A program made the position numbers and the translations under genes. This document shows, piece by piece, positions 36,878 to 50,400 of a stretch of DNA of 64,000 nucleotides (position 1 is its first letter; each line of letters opens with the position of its first letter). The stretch is from Tubiluchus corallicola (Eukaryota; Animalia; Priapulida), in NCBI GenBank assembly GCA_030141605.1, contig JAQGDQ010000121.1, positions 434,001-498,000 of the forward strand. The letters are read 5' to 3'. The notes under the pieces were generated by a model that was given only the letters and a program-made list of their open reading frames with translations, made no database searches and was not told where the DNA came from.

Positions 36878-39057
36878 ATGAGCAAACGACCTATGCGACA
36901 GCCGCTTTACAGCTCGCTAGCAATGACTGACATAACCCACCATATAACACCACAAGTGCCAGGAGCAGACCCAAGAAATGGAGTCTCTTCCACACAGCGA
37001 CTCAACAATGTGGCTGTCTGTTGTCATGTCTCTGTGTCTATACCACTAATAGTAGTTGGTTTCTTTATCTTGGTCTATGCAGTGTTGGGACGCATTGCTG
37101 TGGAATCACCTGAAGGCAGCCTATATTTTATTGGCCCCATCCTGGTGCTAGCTGGAATTGTATTCTGTTGTCGCGTATCCATGCTACGGAAACGTGTATT
37201 ACAGCCAATAGTAAGTACCTATTTCTTTAGTGCATGTCGTGTTTCTGATGTACTAATAACAGTGCAATTATCTAACTCATCTGGTATTGAACATTGCAAG
37301 GTGCTTGTTCAGATGAACAAAAAGAGCTTTATGATATGATTTAAATATAATCCATTAAAAATCTAATGCTTTAAGCAGGTGTCAAACAAACTTCATTACA
37401 TAAACTACTGTACTCATAAATAAATGAGCAGTTCATTATTAAAAAATAAGATATTTGTATCTTATAGAAAAGAATGTCTTAAGAGATCTATTCAATTTAC
37501 TTTTGCAAAAAGCATAGTACTAGCAAGCCTTTGCCTTCGGGCTAAATAGCAGTCATTATGCTATCATATTGTTCATTTTTTGGATATCTACATCAATTCT
37601 GCAAAGATTGTCTTCTGTATATTGCCTAAACATGGCAGTTTTCAGATTTTTCATACAGCATAGTCACACTGAATTTGTATCCATAGTGCATTGCAAATGC
37701 CTGTGGTAAATTATCTATATTTCTAATTGCTCTTATTTACCGCATTGCAGAGGTATTTGTAATCAATGTTTGGTGATATTGATCACTGTGCCTTGCGAAC
37801 AACATTTCACTTAATTAGAATGATTAGCGATGATCGATTGTAGTACTGCTAGGATTGAGGCTGTGCTTGTACAACCTAATTGAACTTGTCTGAAGCTTTC
37901 CTTGCATTTTTGTCAAAATAATTGAAATAATTTGTGAAATAACAGTGCTTGTCTGTACTACAGGATCAAAGGCATACTGAGGCAAGTTCCAATCTGCAAG
38001 ATGAGCTCACACCTCAGTAAGTGATTTGACAAACCCTCTGTCATTAATTAGTTTACTGTTAGTTATCACCCAATAAAAATTATGTGAATCATTGGTTAAT
38101 TGAAACATGTTTATTTGCACACGGCTATCAGGTTATTATCATTTACGTAGGTTTAGTAAAAAACTGTTACAAGCTTACACCAGTAATTAATATAATGAGT
38201 GTGATGCAGGAATATTTTAGAATAATGGTTAGTTTGACTTTAATTTTTTTCCGGGAAAGATGGACTTGATGTGTTATTTTGTATTGCTACGTGATTTTTT
38301 TGCATTCGTGTCATTTCTAGCTGTATTAACGCTAGTCGTTTACCTTAGTACAATGTATTACAAGGTAACCACAAACTGTTATTACAGTACGTTTATCCTA
38401 CGTCTAATATGTTTCAGAATGATAGCAGCTATGACAGCGCCACCTCCCGCATATGATGAGGTTGTTGCACCAAATAATACATCACATGCTGTTGTTGTAG
38501 CTGATACACATCAGACTGATATTGAAGTTTGTTCGCATGTAGATGAACCACCAGACTTATTAACCACTCACACTCCAGTGACATCACAAGTGGGTACTCC
38601 AGTGCCAAGCAGTGATGACAGAACACGTGGTGTAAGTCCAGAAAGTGGTTTAGAAATGGTATTTGGTGCCACCGGTCGTAACATGAGCGTTGGTAGTGGT
38701 TCGATTAGTTGTTCAAGTTCAACTGGAGATCCTGAACCTCTGCCTCCATCTTACTCTGATATTTTAACTTTTTCTCAGCAAAATTTGCAAACTGAGGGCC
38801 CAGAACGGCCGCTTCCCCCTTCTTATACTAGCCTACAGCTAGCGGATGGCACCTGGACTGAACAACCCGAGCGACCGACTTCGTCAGCATCACGTCATGC
38901 ACGAAGGCGCACGTCGGTAGAAAGAAGTGACGAGTCAGCAGCAAATCTTCTTGATGAGTTGCCTCATAATCAGGTTAATCTGGAAATAAGTTGTGAACAA
39001 TATCAAAAGGAGCAGGTTATTGACACAGTCAACAACCTACCGTCTGTGCACTTTTAA
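36878..39057 (+). CDS. Uncharacterised two-transmembrane protein with three PPxY motifs (TMEM171/TMEM174-like architecture), ~341 aa
   Basis: Exons 36878-37210, 37964-38016 and 38418-39057 are phase-consistent (1026 nt). Hydrophobic helices SIPLIVVGFFILVYAVLG and LYFIGPILVLAGIVFCC are followed by a basic stop-transfer (LRKR). The tail has PPPAY, LPPSY and LPPSY. The family assignment rests on architecture only. Confidence 0.75.
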
Positions 39058-42000
39058 GCCAGAAGGAATTGTGCATCAAGTGTGTATATTGAAAATGATG
39101 CAAGTTTTGTTAGTATTCTAAATCTGTCTGATGACATTTCTATATAAATGTACAGGGAAATACTTTATTTTTACAAAAAAAAATGGTGATGTTTTTTGTT
39201 GGTTGGGCTAGTGTGAGCCTTGTCCAGATAACCATTTGTGAGCAAAGTGCCTACTGTTGTTCCCGGTACATTATGTTCGGTACAGACAGTATGTACATCA
39301 CATATGTACATGCTGTATTATAAAAGCTAAATTCTGACAAATACATGCCAAATGCAGTAATGTGGTTATGATAGTCTAAAAATCGTGATACTAGATTTTA
39401 GTTCTCAGTTTTTTGCAGCATCTTGACCGTGCCTGATTTCAATGAACCAAAAGCAAAACTAGTTACTGTTGTGCAAACGTCAGTATTATAGAAAACGGCA
39501 CGATTTGTTGATGTTTGTGGTGACTGCTGTCAATGTAAATGTGACTACAGCAGTGTGGTGTTGTTCAAGTTCAATTAGTAAAACTTAGTATGAAAACAGT
39601 GCGCAACAGAAGCATTAAAATTTACTTACAGAGTTACCTCATATTGGGAAAAAATTTTCCTTTTATCCGTGTTTGTTTTGGTTATTTCTTTTTTGTATGC
39701 TTCTTGCAGGTAACTACTTTTAATCTTTCTATAGCAATATTTAAATACAGTACTTGCAAATTTTCTGCTCACACTACATGATGTAGTTAGCCATGGACGT
39801 TTATTTTAAATAATCTTATTTCTTTAAAAAATAATGTTTTAAAGTATTCTAGTATAACACAGTATTGCTTACTCTACACGGGTTCATAGACAGCTAAGCA
39901 TACACTAAAACAAATGTTTGTGATTAGCAGGTTTTTAATGAGTACATGTTGTTTAGATTAATGTAAATCATTTAGTCATATTTTATATCAAAATATGAGA
40001 AAGTTTTTACGAAGTTTTACATCATATATTGACTGATTGAGATAATGTAGGCAATACTAATAAAATTGAAACTATATTGTAAACTTCAATTTTCATCCCA
40101 TTAATTTTTTATTACAGTCGCTCTATATCTTGCTATTTAATAGCAAATCTTAACAAGTTTGTCACCAAAAATATTGAAATTACAGTTATATATTTTATTT
40201 ATTGCATTTAGAAATAAAATCGTTATTAACCCAATGTGAACAAATTTATTTTCACTTTTTTAATACATGTAGGGAGTGGCAACTATCCAAAGTGTGACGT
40301 TTTTCAGGGTTTGGAGTTTCAAAGTCAAATTAGTAGGGTTATATACTATTTTGTGAAATACGAAATGTTCAGTTATGATTTTGTTTATAATTGTGATTGT
40401 TGTTTTGCATTTCTAATCTACTTTCTGGCTGTTTTAGAAAAGCTTGCTTCAACTTGCTCTAGAAGTTGTATGATGGAGTGGTGGATAACATGTAGTTTTT
40501 CATGTGCTCTTGTTCGCTTACATACATTACAATGATATTTTACATCAATGCATGCAAAAAATACAACACAACTATTCAATGAGCTGATTTCCGTATGTTT
40601 AACATATATTTTTAGTGCTACTGAATTTTATATACTCATTTGCTCTCTAAGAAAATAAAATTGTAGGACACGAACGGTAAAATATTGAAAAACCTACATT
40701 ATACACGTGAAGTGTGACGCAACAGTGCTGTTCTTAACTACAGTTGTTCATTTAGAAAAACACTATATGAGTTGGAGAGTACCTAAATTTTTCCGTTTTA
40801 ATACTCACAGGGTATACATAAATAGTCTCGTAAATTCGTGAATAACAGATGAAATTACAGTACTGGTGTTAGTGTGGTTACAAAAAGAAATTAAAATATA
40901 GTAATTTCACAAGACACAAACTTACAAAAGTCGGCATTTAAAAAAATCATTCATTTATTACTTAATTTGACACAGTCGTAAAAATACACAATCAATTTAA
41001 ATGTACTCAAATTTTGTAATATACATCTAAGTTTTAATACACAGTCATTCATTAACATTACACAATATTAAGATTAGCTTATTAATTTCTAAGTAAATAA
41101 CATTCATTTGACATGAAAAATAAAGTAAAAAATCACTACAAACGGTGTAAGCGGTGTAAACTCGTACAGTAACCATCTGGATTCTTATCGACACCACATG
41201 CCTTGCATGATACAAGTCATTATCAAAGTGTTCACAAAACTTGTGTTGTGTCCACATTACCATACTTATTACTTAGTTAATAGAAACTAGTGCTCCTTAT
41301 ACATATGTTAATAGTTTAAAAATAGTTTTACACTCAAAGTTTTCTGTTTCCAATCACATTATAATCTTTCAATTTAATTGGAGCAATTCTGTGTCTATTT
41401 ACATTTTAAGGAGACGTTTACGTGGGATGCGGATGCGTTTTGGGGGGTGCGGAATAGATAAAATCGGTTTATACTGTTTTCAATGCAGCCTGCGTATGTG
41501 TTATTCTTTTTCTGCAGCTATTTCCTATTGATTTTTTTTGTGCAGGTAGAAACGTATTTGCATCCGCATGCTACAAAAACAAAACCTGATAACTCGCCAA
41601 AGTCAGGCAAAACATCTATATTTGCAAATAAAAATAACAACCTATTTGTCACATTGTTTGTATTTCTTTTCTAATTGGATTCAAAATCCCCAAACAAAGA
41701 GATTTTTCATTTTTGCATTACCTTTTTACGCTTAAATTCAGCCCCGTATTGATTCTGCCAAAGCCCAAGTATTAGAATTTCTAAATTACTCCATTCCTGT
41801 CTGTCACACTACTCAATAATGATTACCATTTGCAAAATTTGGTTTTCATATAAAATTCGAGCCAAGCCTCACAACAACAAAATTGCTGCATTCACAATAT
41901 CCACATTTTCACTATTTTGCCTATAGCAACTCATTTTGTAAATGTATAAGGCAGGTATTCAAGCAACAATTTTACTGACAATATGAAAAAATCTAACATG

Positions 42001-42569
42001 TAACACCAATTTTTTGATTATGCAGAATGCCTTATACATGCTTTAGACAAACTCACATCAACGAGTTTGAAAACACGATTGATTTTTTTACGCCGAGTGA
42101 GATATACATATGAGTATATTGATAGATATAGATAGATAGTGTATACACATTGATTTGATACATCAAAAATTATTATATATAACACATCAGAACAATAAAA
42201 GCATAGTTTGTGAGACCTACATCAGCTAATAGATGAACCTTAACAGGAAACATGCTGCAGCCACAGGCTAAGTAAAATACAAAAAAATTAAAACAAAGCA
42301 GTTTCCAAATTTTGCCTATCATGTGATGTAATATATTTTCATTTAATTGATGACAATAATTTTAATCCTTAAAAAAATTTTTGAAAGAAAATAATTAGCA
42401 TGTTTGTGGTGTACCTGGTATGCCTCTAGTAGGCAGCTTACACTTCAGTCATCACATTGAGATAGCTAACTATAGTACGGGGCACCTGGCTCTCAAATGA
42501 TTCTGGTTCAGAGACAGGATGTGAAACCTACAGCTTCACCTGCAAAGTTAACTTGTCCATCCAACACCT

Positions 42570-45500
42570 TTATCCTACCACTGTATCCAATACCATTTCT
42601 AGAAACTAAAATACACAAAAACTTTTGAAAATATTGAAACCATATTTTGTCAAGCTATTAGACTCAGGATATCAAAAAATAAAAATTGGTCACACAAGTA
42701 ATAACTTTAAAAATGGAAAAAATTCTAACATTAAGACACTGGTAGACAAAGTCTTTTGTTCTTTTATATTTTCATCTATTATTGGCAAACATAATAGATA
42801 AATGTAAATTTCAAGTTTGAAAATATAGAAGTGATTCTAAAATTAATGTGATCATTTCAGGTTAGTACGCCATTTAAAAAAATCTTCACAAGGAAGTGCA
42901 TTCAAGTAAATTGTACAAGAAGAAAATCAATAATAAAGCACCACCCTCCACTTTGACCATTACCACTATTACACTTGATAATATGAATATTTAAGCAGAC
43001 ATATGGATAATGATAGGCATTCCGTTTTCTTTTTTAAAATATTTTCTTTACAGACAAAGATAAAACTGCTCATATAACTCTGCTAATTATCTAACAATTT
43101 GAAGTAAGTCAAAAACAGTAAAGGAAAACAAAAACTGGTCACATGTTTAGCTGGAACAGAATTACAGCAAAGAGATTTTCTTCTATATGACTGCATTCCA
43201 TGCATTCAATCAACAATTAAATGAAAGAGCTGTTGTTTGCTGTTAATATAAACAACGTCCTTAGGATTATCCTTACATGGAAGAACTAAACAGCCTGGAA
43301 ACATTCTAAGTACATCTGTCAAAAAACTTTGGCTTTAAATTAAATGTCAATTTATAAAGTTATATTATGAAACATTAAATAATGAAAGAAGTACTTGTTC
43401 ATAGCTAATACGTATGTTGCCCTGCATTGCAGTATCCTTCTGCCTAAATCCATCAGTTAAGGACTTCAAAATAACGCAACTCTGAATAAAATCATCAAAT
43501 GAGATCGTCCTCGTGTGCCGACGATCAAATTTGCGAATTACTACATCACAAAACTGAGGAGACCTAAATGTAAAAAAACATGTGTATTAGAATGCAGTAC
43601 GAAGGCAAGATCGGGTTTTTTGATGCAAACATTTTAATTGACAGTATACGGATACTGAAAATGAAATTAATACACAGTCAACTTCTCTATACCGCCTACT
43701 TTCGGACTACAAAAAAGTAACCTACTATCTTTTAAAAACTAGGTGCAATTATCAGAGTATAAACTTGTTATTATATATACAGGCTTTAATCAGTAAAGAC
43801 AATAGAAATACCACTTCAGCAACAACTATAAAGATGGACTTTTATACGTAACATACAATCTATAGCCAAATGTAGTAAATGCATTGTGTAATTCTCCAGT
43901 ATCAATAGTGCCAGACCTATCACGATCAAACCTGGAAAAAAGTTAATTATACATGTAGGAATAAATAAATTCAATTATATTGTTTAATTGTAAGTTTTAT
44001 TTAATAAATTTATCCCAAATTATTCATTCAGCACTCAGAATTTGAAGGTGCATACATTTACAGCAGGTGCCGTTTATTAGACTCAGTTTTAATAGAATCA
44101 GTCGCTTAATTGAGTCAAAAACATCTGATACGGACTGCTCCTATTCAAATGTATATAAAACAGTGAACAACTGACTAATTAACTTTGCATAATTAACTCA
44201 AATTTTTGCCACAATTTTTACTTAAAATGAGACACTTGTGTGTGATCAAGGAATTTTTACTTCTTTTATGTTATTTTTACTTCGCTTTTGTGCACTGTAA
44301 TATATGTAGAAACAATAATGTTAAGTACTATTTCCTTTGAAAGCAGGAACATTCATTATGCGTTAATATGCTAGCTAGCATTTTTGCTTTAAACCTGTCA
44401 CGGGCCAGTCCCCTGTAATTAACAGTGTTGCCCAAGAACTTTTGGAAACTAAACTGCTCTTGCAGCCTTTGCAGTGTATACTACGCTGAAGAGTGATGAC
44501 TCATGCTTATATTGATAATACTGCACCCATCGGCTAATAAATTCAGTAGGTTAATTGGGTCAAAACACTTCAATCCCAACGTGAGTCTATTAAGCAGTGC
44601 CTACTGTAATTAAAATAAATTTAGTTTCGAACTTCCACACTAATAATGAATAACTTAAAACATAAGCCCAAATATGACAAACAGCTTAATTATACAAAAT
44701 TTTCAAGAATACAAACTTTAAAGACTAACACTTGAGAAAAGTTGGGTATCGCTAGTTATTACAAATTATTATGTAAAGGAAAACAATAAGTGAATGTTTA
44801 CCCATCAAAACAAGCCTTCCAATCTTGAATGTACTTCCACAAGGCAGCAAACTCATGAATATCAATTGTACCATTTCTAAACAAAATCAAAAATATCTCA
44901 CTTAAGAAACAAGGTACAATTCGCTCTGTTCAGGTTGCATTTGTACCTTAATCTGCTTCAAAATTTTAAACTGCACAGCCAATTGCCAGGATTTTTTAAT
45001 GAAACACATACAGTGCTATTACCAAACATTGCGCTTGCAAAGGTTAACAGGTTCCAACTTAATTAATTTGAATAATAGATAGACAACCTTAATAAATACC
45101 AATGAATTATTTAACCTAGAAAAACTCTACAGGTAAATAAATGATTCTACAAATCTTAATTGCAACATTGTAAATTAATCATGGATTAAACCCTCATGGA
45201 TTAAATCTTTTAATTTAAAGGTACAGAAGAATGGAAATTCAGACTAGCCCTCTCTCAATTGTGCAGATCGAGTAAATATGGCTTATACAATAGATCACAG
45301 ATTAGTCATGGCCAAATTCAAAATTTTTGTTAGATTCTTTTCCATAACAAATTAACTATTAAGTTAATTATTATTCCTCAAAAATCAAGCAGAGTTATTA
45401 ATTTCCTGGTGACAACATTATCCACCTATTATTGAATTGTTATCAATTCATTAGCTAGTTAGTATCATCAATTCAATACTAATAAATTTTACAAGGAATA

Positions 45501-48000
45501 CGCCTCACTAGATACACGTTTAACTATATACTGTGATAAGAATGTGATCACTCACCGATCTTTATCAAACATCCCAATCATAAGTCGGCATGTTTCTGAG
45601 TTGAAGGGAGATAAGTTTGAATTTAGCAAAGCTTGCTGTAGCTCTCTGCAAGATATTTTCCCGCTTCTGTCTTGATCAACAGCCTAGTAATTTAGCATAA
45701 AAATGTAAATTGAATCAAAACATTCAATTAAGTTATCAGAAAAGCACTGATTATGAAGTGCGCATAATGCTTATGTGTGAGTTAAACCTAGTGTAAATGA
45801 AAGCCTTGAAAATTTATCAAAACATGCTAACATCTTAGTGATTTTTTCTTGCTGCAATAGTAATTCATACTGTTGTTATTGTTGTAAATTGAAGTATCAT
45901 GTTTATAGCCCTTCACAAATGACAACATGCACTTCTTACTTTTTACTCGAAAGTTTACGGCAGCATTATCAATGACTTTTTTGTAACTGGCAATGTAGCT
46001 GTACATACTTTCTGTGGCTTTATAATATCAAACAAGCTCAAACATACTGAATATGTAATGACTGTCTGTGCTCGTTTCAATGTGAAAATATGTTACGCAA
46101 ATGACTAAACAAGCCTGTTGTACATGCCTATTATTTTGGTAAAAATGAGCAGTCCATTTTTAATTCTCTTGAAAGGTGACAAATTTCAATTCTCTTTGTA
46201 CCTTCTGTGACCATGTGCAATAAGAAAAATTGCTATTAAACAGATTCTTTTGCTTAATGTAAAATTACATAAACGATTAACAATGAGTGACTGTAGATAA
46301 AAAAACTATACCTGGAACCATCCCCAGAGTTCAGGATTTATACCAGGCGGCGGCCCATAATGTGCAGCCTGACCTCCATATGGACCCACTGGTGGTGCTC
46401 CATACTGTCCTCCAGATGGCACCCCATATTGCCCAGCAGGAGAAACTCCATACTGCCCTGCTGGTAGGGCTCCATACTGTCCAGGAGGAGGCGCTCCATA
46501 CTGCCCTGCAGGCGGTGCTCCATACTGTCCAGCAGGTGGCACTCCATACTGTCTAGGTGCTCCATACTGCCCAGCAGGTGGTGCTCCATACTGCCCTGCA
46601 GGCACTGCTCCATAGCCTCCATATTGTCCCGTAGGTGGTGCACCATATTGTCCACGTGGTGCTCCATACTGGCCTGCAGGTGGTGCACCATACTGTGCAT
46701 ACTGCCCTGGCTATAGAAAACAAAACATAGACCACTAGTTAATTAGCAAACTAATTTTCAAAAATATGAGTCTTGTGAAAGTAGTATTAAAATAAATGCC
46801 ATAAACTTGTTTTGAATGACCTCATTTCATGTCCAATAGTTTCATAAATCACCTTTTTGACAGTGATCGTATTCTTGCTTTTTGACTTCATACACACTAA
46901 CTGCAATGTGAGACAGAGATATTTGTAAAAAAAAAACTTCAAATTCGTAACTTGAGAATGATAACGTCTTACATCCTATTAGTAATAAGCCGGCCTAATG
47001 TTAAACTAATTGATCTCACGTAAAAACAGCAAAACAAATATTACATGGTAGTAAACACTAATTCTTTTCTTTTCCAAATTTCATTAAATATGGACAGTGG
47101 AAAGTTTAGTTAATAAAGCAGTGCTTTTACCCATCACAGATGACAGGTAAATTATGTGCCCATTCTGTCAAAGTTGTTTAAAGCTGTAGTATCATTGTAC
47201 AAAATATTGGTTCGGCCAAAGATCGAATATGCATTAGTTGCCTGGTCATCGCAGTACATCGCTCTAGTTAATCAGTGTTAGCAAGTTCAGAGGTGTTCAC
47301 TCAAATTATTTAATTATGACTGACTGAAAAGCTGAAAATGTCTGCCAACTATATCAGAGATGCGAAACTAGAACAGACCTTATGCATTGTTACAAAATAA
47401 TGAACAAGTTGGGCAACTTGAGTAAAGATGACTTCTTCATCCCAACTCATCGCCACTATGATCTATATGGAAATACGATTAAACTGTTCCAGGGTTTTTT
47501 ATCGTACTAATACAAGAAATCATTTTCAACCAAAAGTGTTCCCTGCTAGAATGCCTTGCCAGCCATGTGGTTAGTACCCCAAATGTTAGTATTTTCAAAA
47601 GCACATCGGAAGCTCAGTGGCAAAACCATATGGCCAGCTGAGTTTTTAAATACTGAAGGTGAATAACTGGTTTTAATCACTACAGTAAAATACCTTGAGT
47701 GACCGTGCTTTCAAACGAGGCCATCGAATCCAACGTGCTTTCAAACGAGGCCAACGAGGCAATCAATCAATGAATTTAAACGAAATTTAGAATGTGAGCG
47801 GAATAAAAAAAATTGTACCATACACACACTAATGCCAGTAGAAAACAGGCATTACAGGTGATGCAATGATCTACCTCTAGCCTTAACATTTGAAATGGCA
47901 TGGATAAACTTGGACAATAGCAAACAAGAACTCGTCTCTGAATTTTCAGTCGCATCAATATCACATCATTCCAACTTACCTGCCCAGTTGACCAGGACAT
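42570..48000 (-). CDS. PEF1: Peflin, penta-EF-hand protein of the ALG-2/PDCD6 family with a Gly/Pro/Tyr-rich N-terminus, ~300 aa
   Basis: Minus-strand exons 48000-47980 (MSWSTGQ), 46710-46312, 45683-45556, 44876-44802, 43931-43857, 43563-43395 and 42605-42570 are phase-consistent (903 nt). EF loops [24 protein letters not shown] and [12 protein letters not shown]. Peflin-like segments FNSETC, GYRLSPQF and [16 protein letters not shown], plus a long N-terminal repeat region. Confidence 0.88.
46330..46710 (-). repeat. Coding tandem repeat (~24-nt unit, QYGAPPAG) in peflin coding exon 2
   Basis: 13 QYG-initiated units. On the plus strand the unit is approximately GGTGGTGCTCCATACTGCCCTGCA. Confidence 0.9.
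47330..47775 (+). mobile_element. Decayed CR1-like LINE 3' end in peflin intron 1
   Basis: Frameshifted remnants [18 protein letters not shown] and [12 protein letters not shown] match the CR1 ORF2 tail pattern (GH..KL...R..FF..RV...WN.LP..VV....FK). They are followed by a duplicated CGTGCTTTCAAACGAGGCCA and an AATC-repeat tail. Confidence 0.5.
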
Positions 48001-48169
48001 TCTGTTTATTTTTTAAATAAACAGCTTCGGTGCGATACGTCTATTATTTTTTTTGAAGAAATGAAAATATTAAGTTGTCACATTTCGTTACCCACTGCTC
48101 ACTGTTCAGGTGCTTGTTCTGAGTAATGTGGCATATCTTCGAAATTCTGATAACACTCAGTTACATCAA

Positions 48170-48506
48170 GTGGTTGCTTGGCACATATCAAACAAAGATC
48201 TGTACAATAAAATCAAGACAGAGGAATGGACAATTAAAATCAAAAAGAGAAGATTAAGATGGATAGGACGTGTTATGCGACTACCAGATGACAGTCCACT
48301 AATGTTAGCTTTCAAAGAAGCACTGCAGAAAGCAAAGAAACTGTAAGGAGGACAGCTTCTGACTTACATCAATTTCATCCAGAAAGATCTTATCAACACA
48401 CCATTAGATATCAAACATACAGAGACTAGGGAGGTTGCGGGTGACAGGACAGCATGGAGTAAAGTGATCAGGAGACGACGTGTGACTCCAGAGATGAGAT
48501 GATGAT
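48170..48506 (+). mobile_element. RTE-like LINE 3' fragment just upstream of the peflin ATG
   Basis: ISNKDLYNK...IKKRRLRWIGRVMRLPDDSP...AGDRTAWSKVI matches the C-terminus of RTE-clade ORFs (RRLRW.GHV.R...A.DR..W). It ends in a GATGA-repeat tail and contains an in-frame stop. Confidence 0.75.
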
Positions 48507-48578
48507 TTGCATAAAAATAGATGTACTCTACCCACGCCCATATGCCCCTCGCCACACTACGGTCACGTCAACGACAAC

Positions 48579-48950
48579 TAGGGTGAGACTGAGCATCAAA
48601 TATTCGATTTGATTCGAATCTTAAACTATAGATTCGAATAATTCAACACTTCAACCGCATGCCTTCGTTATCATTAAAACGATTGAAACATCAAGCAATT
48701 AGTATAATTTAGCTGTGATTTCTGTGCACAATTTTAAACAAATGATTGATTGGTGGTTTTACTGCAGAACAAAATCGAGTAATAAGCGTGATCTTCGTAA
48801 GACTAGTTTTTACTGGTGGTTCGAAATCTTTCAATCTCAATTTGATTTCAATTCGAATTCGAAATATTGAAGTTCGGTTCGATTCGAATTCGAAAGTTGC
48901 AAATTCGATTTGTTTTGAATTCGCTTTCTGGTAGAGAATGCTCACCCCTA
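48579..48950. mobile_element. Non-autonomous hAT-type MITE, ~370 bp, rich in TTCGAA repeats
   Basis: Termini TAGGGTGAG... and ...ATGCTCACCCCTA. Flanks ACGACAAC (48571-48578) and ACGACACT (48951-48958) form a near 8-bp TSD. Many ATTCGA/TTCGAA subterminal repeats. Confidence 0.75.
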
Positions 48951-49017
48951 ACGACACTAGCTAACAATAACTTAAAATATGGTCAAAATTTAAAACAATC
49001 GAATAATAAGAAAATAG

Positions 49018-49500
49018 CTTAGGTCCGTTTCCAGAATTTTTTTCATAGAAAACTCTTTTCCCACAAAAAAAAATTAACAGAAAAACACATTTTAAATTCT
49101 TTGGCATTGTTATAGGTCTTAAAATGTATGCATTTGTTGTACTTCAAAATGGAGTAGAATATTAAAAATTATTTTGCTTTCCTTTAACGAGTTTGTCAAA
49201 TTTTTTTATCATCCCTGTTAATCAGTACATGTAGTTAAAATAAGCTACTTATTATTGCGTAATATCTAGCTGCGCTTTAAAAAAAGGAGTCGTCGTATTT
49301 TCTGTAAATTCTATTTTCTAGACATTCTTGGAAATGGTAATTCTGGGAAAAAACTTTTTCTGGAAGATTTTTTTGGGAAGTACTTTTTTCGCAAAAAAGG
49401 TTTCTGTGATTTTTATGTCTGACAAAAAATTTCTGGCAAAGGCTTTTTGAGGAAAAACCTCTTTAGGAAAAGAGTTTATCCCTAAGAAATATTTTTTATA
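49018..49500. mobile_element. MITE-like element of the same family as the 24.6-25.2 kb element
   Basis: Shared terminus GGTCCGTTTCCAGAA and tandem ~16-bp TTTTCTGGAAAA-like units. Boundaries are approximate. Confidence 0.5.
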
Positions 49501-50069
49501 ATTTTCAGTTCTTTCAGTACACTTTTTGCTGGTCGAATGGTTAGCATATAAACACTATGCGTAACGGTGTTTAATACAATGCTTGCATATGTAGTTAACT
49601 TTCTGAATTGATAAATTAGAATAAATCCATGGTTTTGGTTTTTGAAATGTGTGTAAATACATATTCTCGCGCCCAGCCTTTGTCCAAACTGAAGAATGTG
49701 TTAGATTATCACTTCACACATGACTTATGGAACAGAGTAATAACAGAGATTGTACATATTATCTGTAGACTGTTTTGTTCTTGTAAACTTGTCAAAGCAT
49801 TAAATGTAAGTATATCATTATAACTTTAACTGTACATTTAATTATTTATTTTATTTTGTAGAATTCTGATTTCACAACCGATTAAGTAAGTACAACAGTT
49901 TATATAATAATAATTTTCACTTCTGCGTATAATTTGTTATTTTTAATTGATTTCCTTTCCTTTAGGTCTTTTAGACTCTTCTATACTTGAAAGATAATGA
50001 CAACAATTACAATAATAATAAAATGCGAAGTTTCCGCGCAGCTCCACAACAGCCTATTTCTAGACTCGA

Positions 50070-50400
50070 ATTTACTAATTAATTACTGTGACTAAGTCTT
50101 TGTCTGACTACCTCACCGACTGCCTAACTTACTTACTGGTAATTACTTGACTAACAGACTGATAGGCTAACGGACAGGCTCACTGACTGTCTGACTGAAT
50201 GACCAACTAATTTCTTAAACCGACTAAAAATCTTGAATTCTATACTACCAACTCATTAACTAATTCACTGTATTTAGTAACGTATTCATTTTCTGATATA
50301 CTGACTAAGTGGTTTGTTGACTAATACGATTACTGGTTAATTGATTGATCAACTGATTTAATGATTGGCTGTTGACTGATTGGACGATTGACTGACTGGG
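50070..50400. repeat. Degenerate tetranucleotide (GACT/TGAT) simple repeat
   Basis: CTGACTACCT...GACTGTCTGACTGAATGACC...TTGATTGATC...TTGACTGACTGG. Confidence 0.7.

Noticed and set aside
46330-46710. CRISPR-like or non-coding periodic array
   Set aside because: A 24-nt coding repeat without unique spacers; it is peflin coding exon 2.
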